Below, piece by piece: positions 62,938 to 64,000 of a DNA stretch of 64,000 nucleotides (positions are counted from its first letter, which is position 1; each line of letters begins with the position of its first letter). The stretch comes from Takakia lepidozioides (lineage: Eukaryota > Plantae > Bryophyta), in contig CM060731.1 in the NCBI GenBank assembly GCA_030704615.1, forward strand, positions 41,416,001 to 41,480,000, written 5' to 3'. The notes beneath the pieces were generated by a model. It was given only the letters and a program-made list of their open reading frames with translations. It made no database searches and was not told the DNA's origin. The position numbers were made by a program, and so were the translations under genes.

Positions 62938-62999
62938 AGCAAGCCCGCACAACTAGGTCATTCATTCTCCAATATGAAAACATAATACCTTATAATCAA

Positions 63000-63170
63000 C
63001 TTAGCTCAATTAAGGACAGGGGGCCTACCTTTGAACAGCAAGGGAAATTGTAAATGCCCATCGCGTGGGCAACCTGAAGACAGTATCCACTTCCTCTTTC
63101 ACTGTCCACGGTACTCTAGCCAGAAAGGAACCCTCTTCAATTGCATCAAAAACATTGAACTGGTTCACCC
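63000..63170 (+). mobile_element. Old internal fragment of LINE family B
   Basis: LPLNSKG.C.CP..GQPEDSIHFLFHCP is similar to the C-terminus of 60312..61529. Confidence 0.65.
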
Positions 63171-64000
63171 TAACTTCACCCTTTCTGTTCCCATGCATAT
63201 GTTCCCACGAACTGTGTTCCCAATAATGTGGTCCTGATTATGCGCTGGGTGTGTAGGTACTAGGAGGAGGGGAATGTAGGGAGTTAAGAGTTTTCGGATG
63301 CAGCGCTGATCGGCCTCTGGTTATTGGTAAACTAGGCCCTCCCCACCAAACCATGATCTAAGCCTTCCCCTATCAAAAATAGTGCAGCTGAATATATTTA
63401 CACATAGTCTCTTAAGACCAAGCTGACCCTTCCCAGTACCTTGTAATCACCACAAAATAGAAAAACTTATGATATTGACAGGGAGGTCCACTTTTGCAGA
63501 ACAGACAAACTTCTTCCAGCGCTGCTCCATGCTCCGGAGTAGGTAGACCGTTGTGACTCTGACAGTATCAACATTCTGACCGGGTCCATTAGTGTAGTTT
63601 TTTCAACAACATTCCTGCAGATCACTGATGGAGGCCTCCATCATCAGAAGTTTGGACGTGTTCCTCCATTGGACTCTACACAACGAGGAACACCTCCAAA
63701 CTTATACAGATGCTAAACAAGCTGTGCATGACAAGGCTGCCCCTCTAATCCAGTCAGAGAGTCATACTCTTCATCTGCAGACATTTAAAGGAGCTCCGCC
63801 TCTACAGCAGAATCAGAGCCCCTCTGTAATATATGTCCTCCATCACCAGATTGTTCCGGATCTTCTGGCATTGTACATAATTAGTTTTTCTTTCACTTTC
63901 CATGTGTATTGAACCAACCGCCCATCAACGAGCCGTCTTGTGTAGGCTGTTTGTCTGTCTCCTGGACAGACAAACAGCTGTTAGTAGCTTTCTGTTTACA

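Noticed and set aside
63480-63900. Possible L1 remnant or prolidase first exon
   Set aside because: No convincing motif in any frame.

Overview
Eukaryotic land-plant nuclear DNA with spliceosomal introns. A non-flowering plant is likely, but this is an inference from the PPR/NLR style and LINE content. From left to right: (1) a TIR-NB-ARC-LRR immune receptor (4679-14327) with a predicted N-terminal membrane anchor and about 25 near-identical 216-bp LRR triplet units whose variation is concentrated at surface residues; (2) a ~2-kb inverted repeat (1-1994 / 14328-16329) bracketing that receptor, built from the 3' end of an RDR-gamma gene plus a LINE; (3) a 5'-truncated RDR3/4/5-type RNA-dependent RNA polymerase with a DLDGD motif (17095-28449); (4) a two-exon COX7c-like gene and a class III peroxidase remnant; (5) a complete 12.4-kb Mutator-like element (36231-48675) with a 9-bp TSD, GC-rich TIRs, a SWIM/DDE transposase, a Ulp1 protease, a zinc-finger ORF and dense YAGACC motif arrays; (6) a PLS-DYW PPR gene and a minus-strand Xaa-Pro dipeptidase (prolidase) that runs off the right edge. 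Two non-LTR retrotransposon families are scattered through the introns. Many single-base deletions, including in conserved genes, look like consensus errors, so some pseudogene calls are uncertain.
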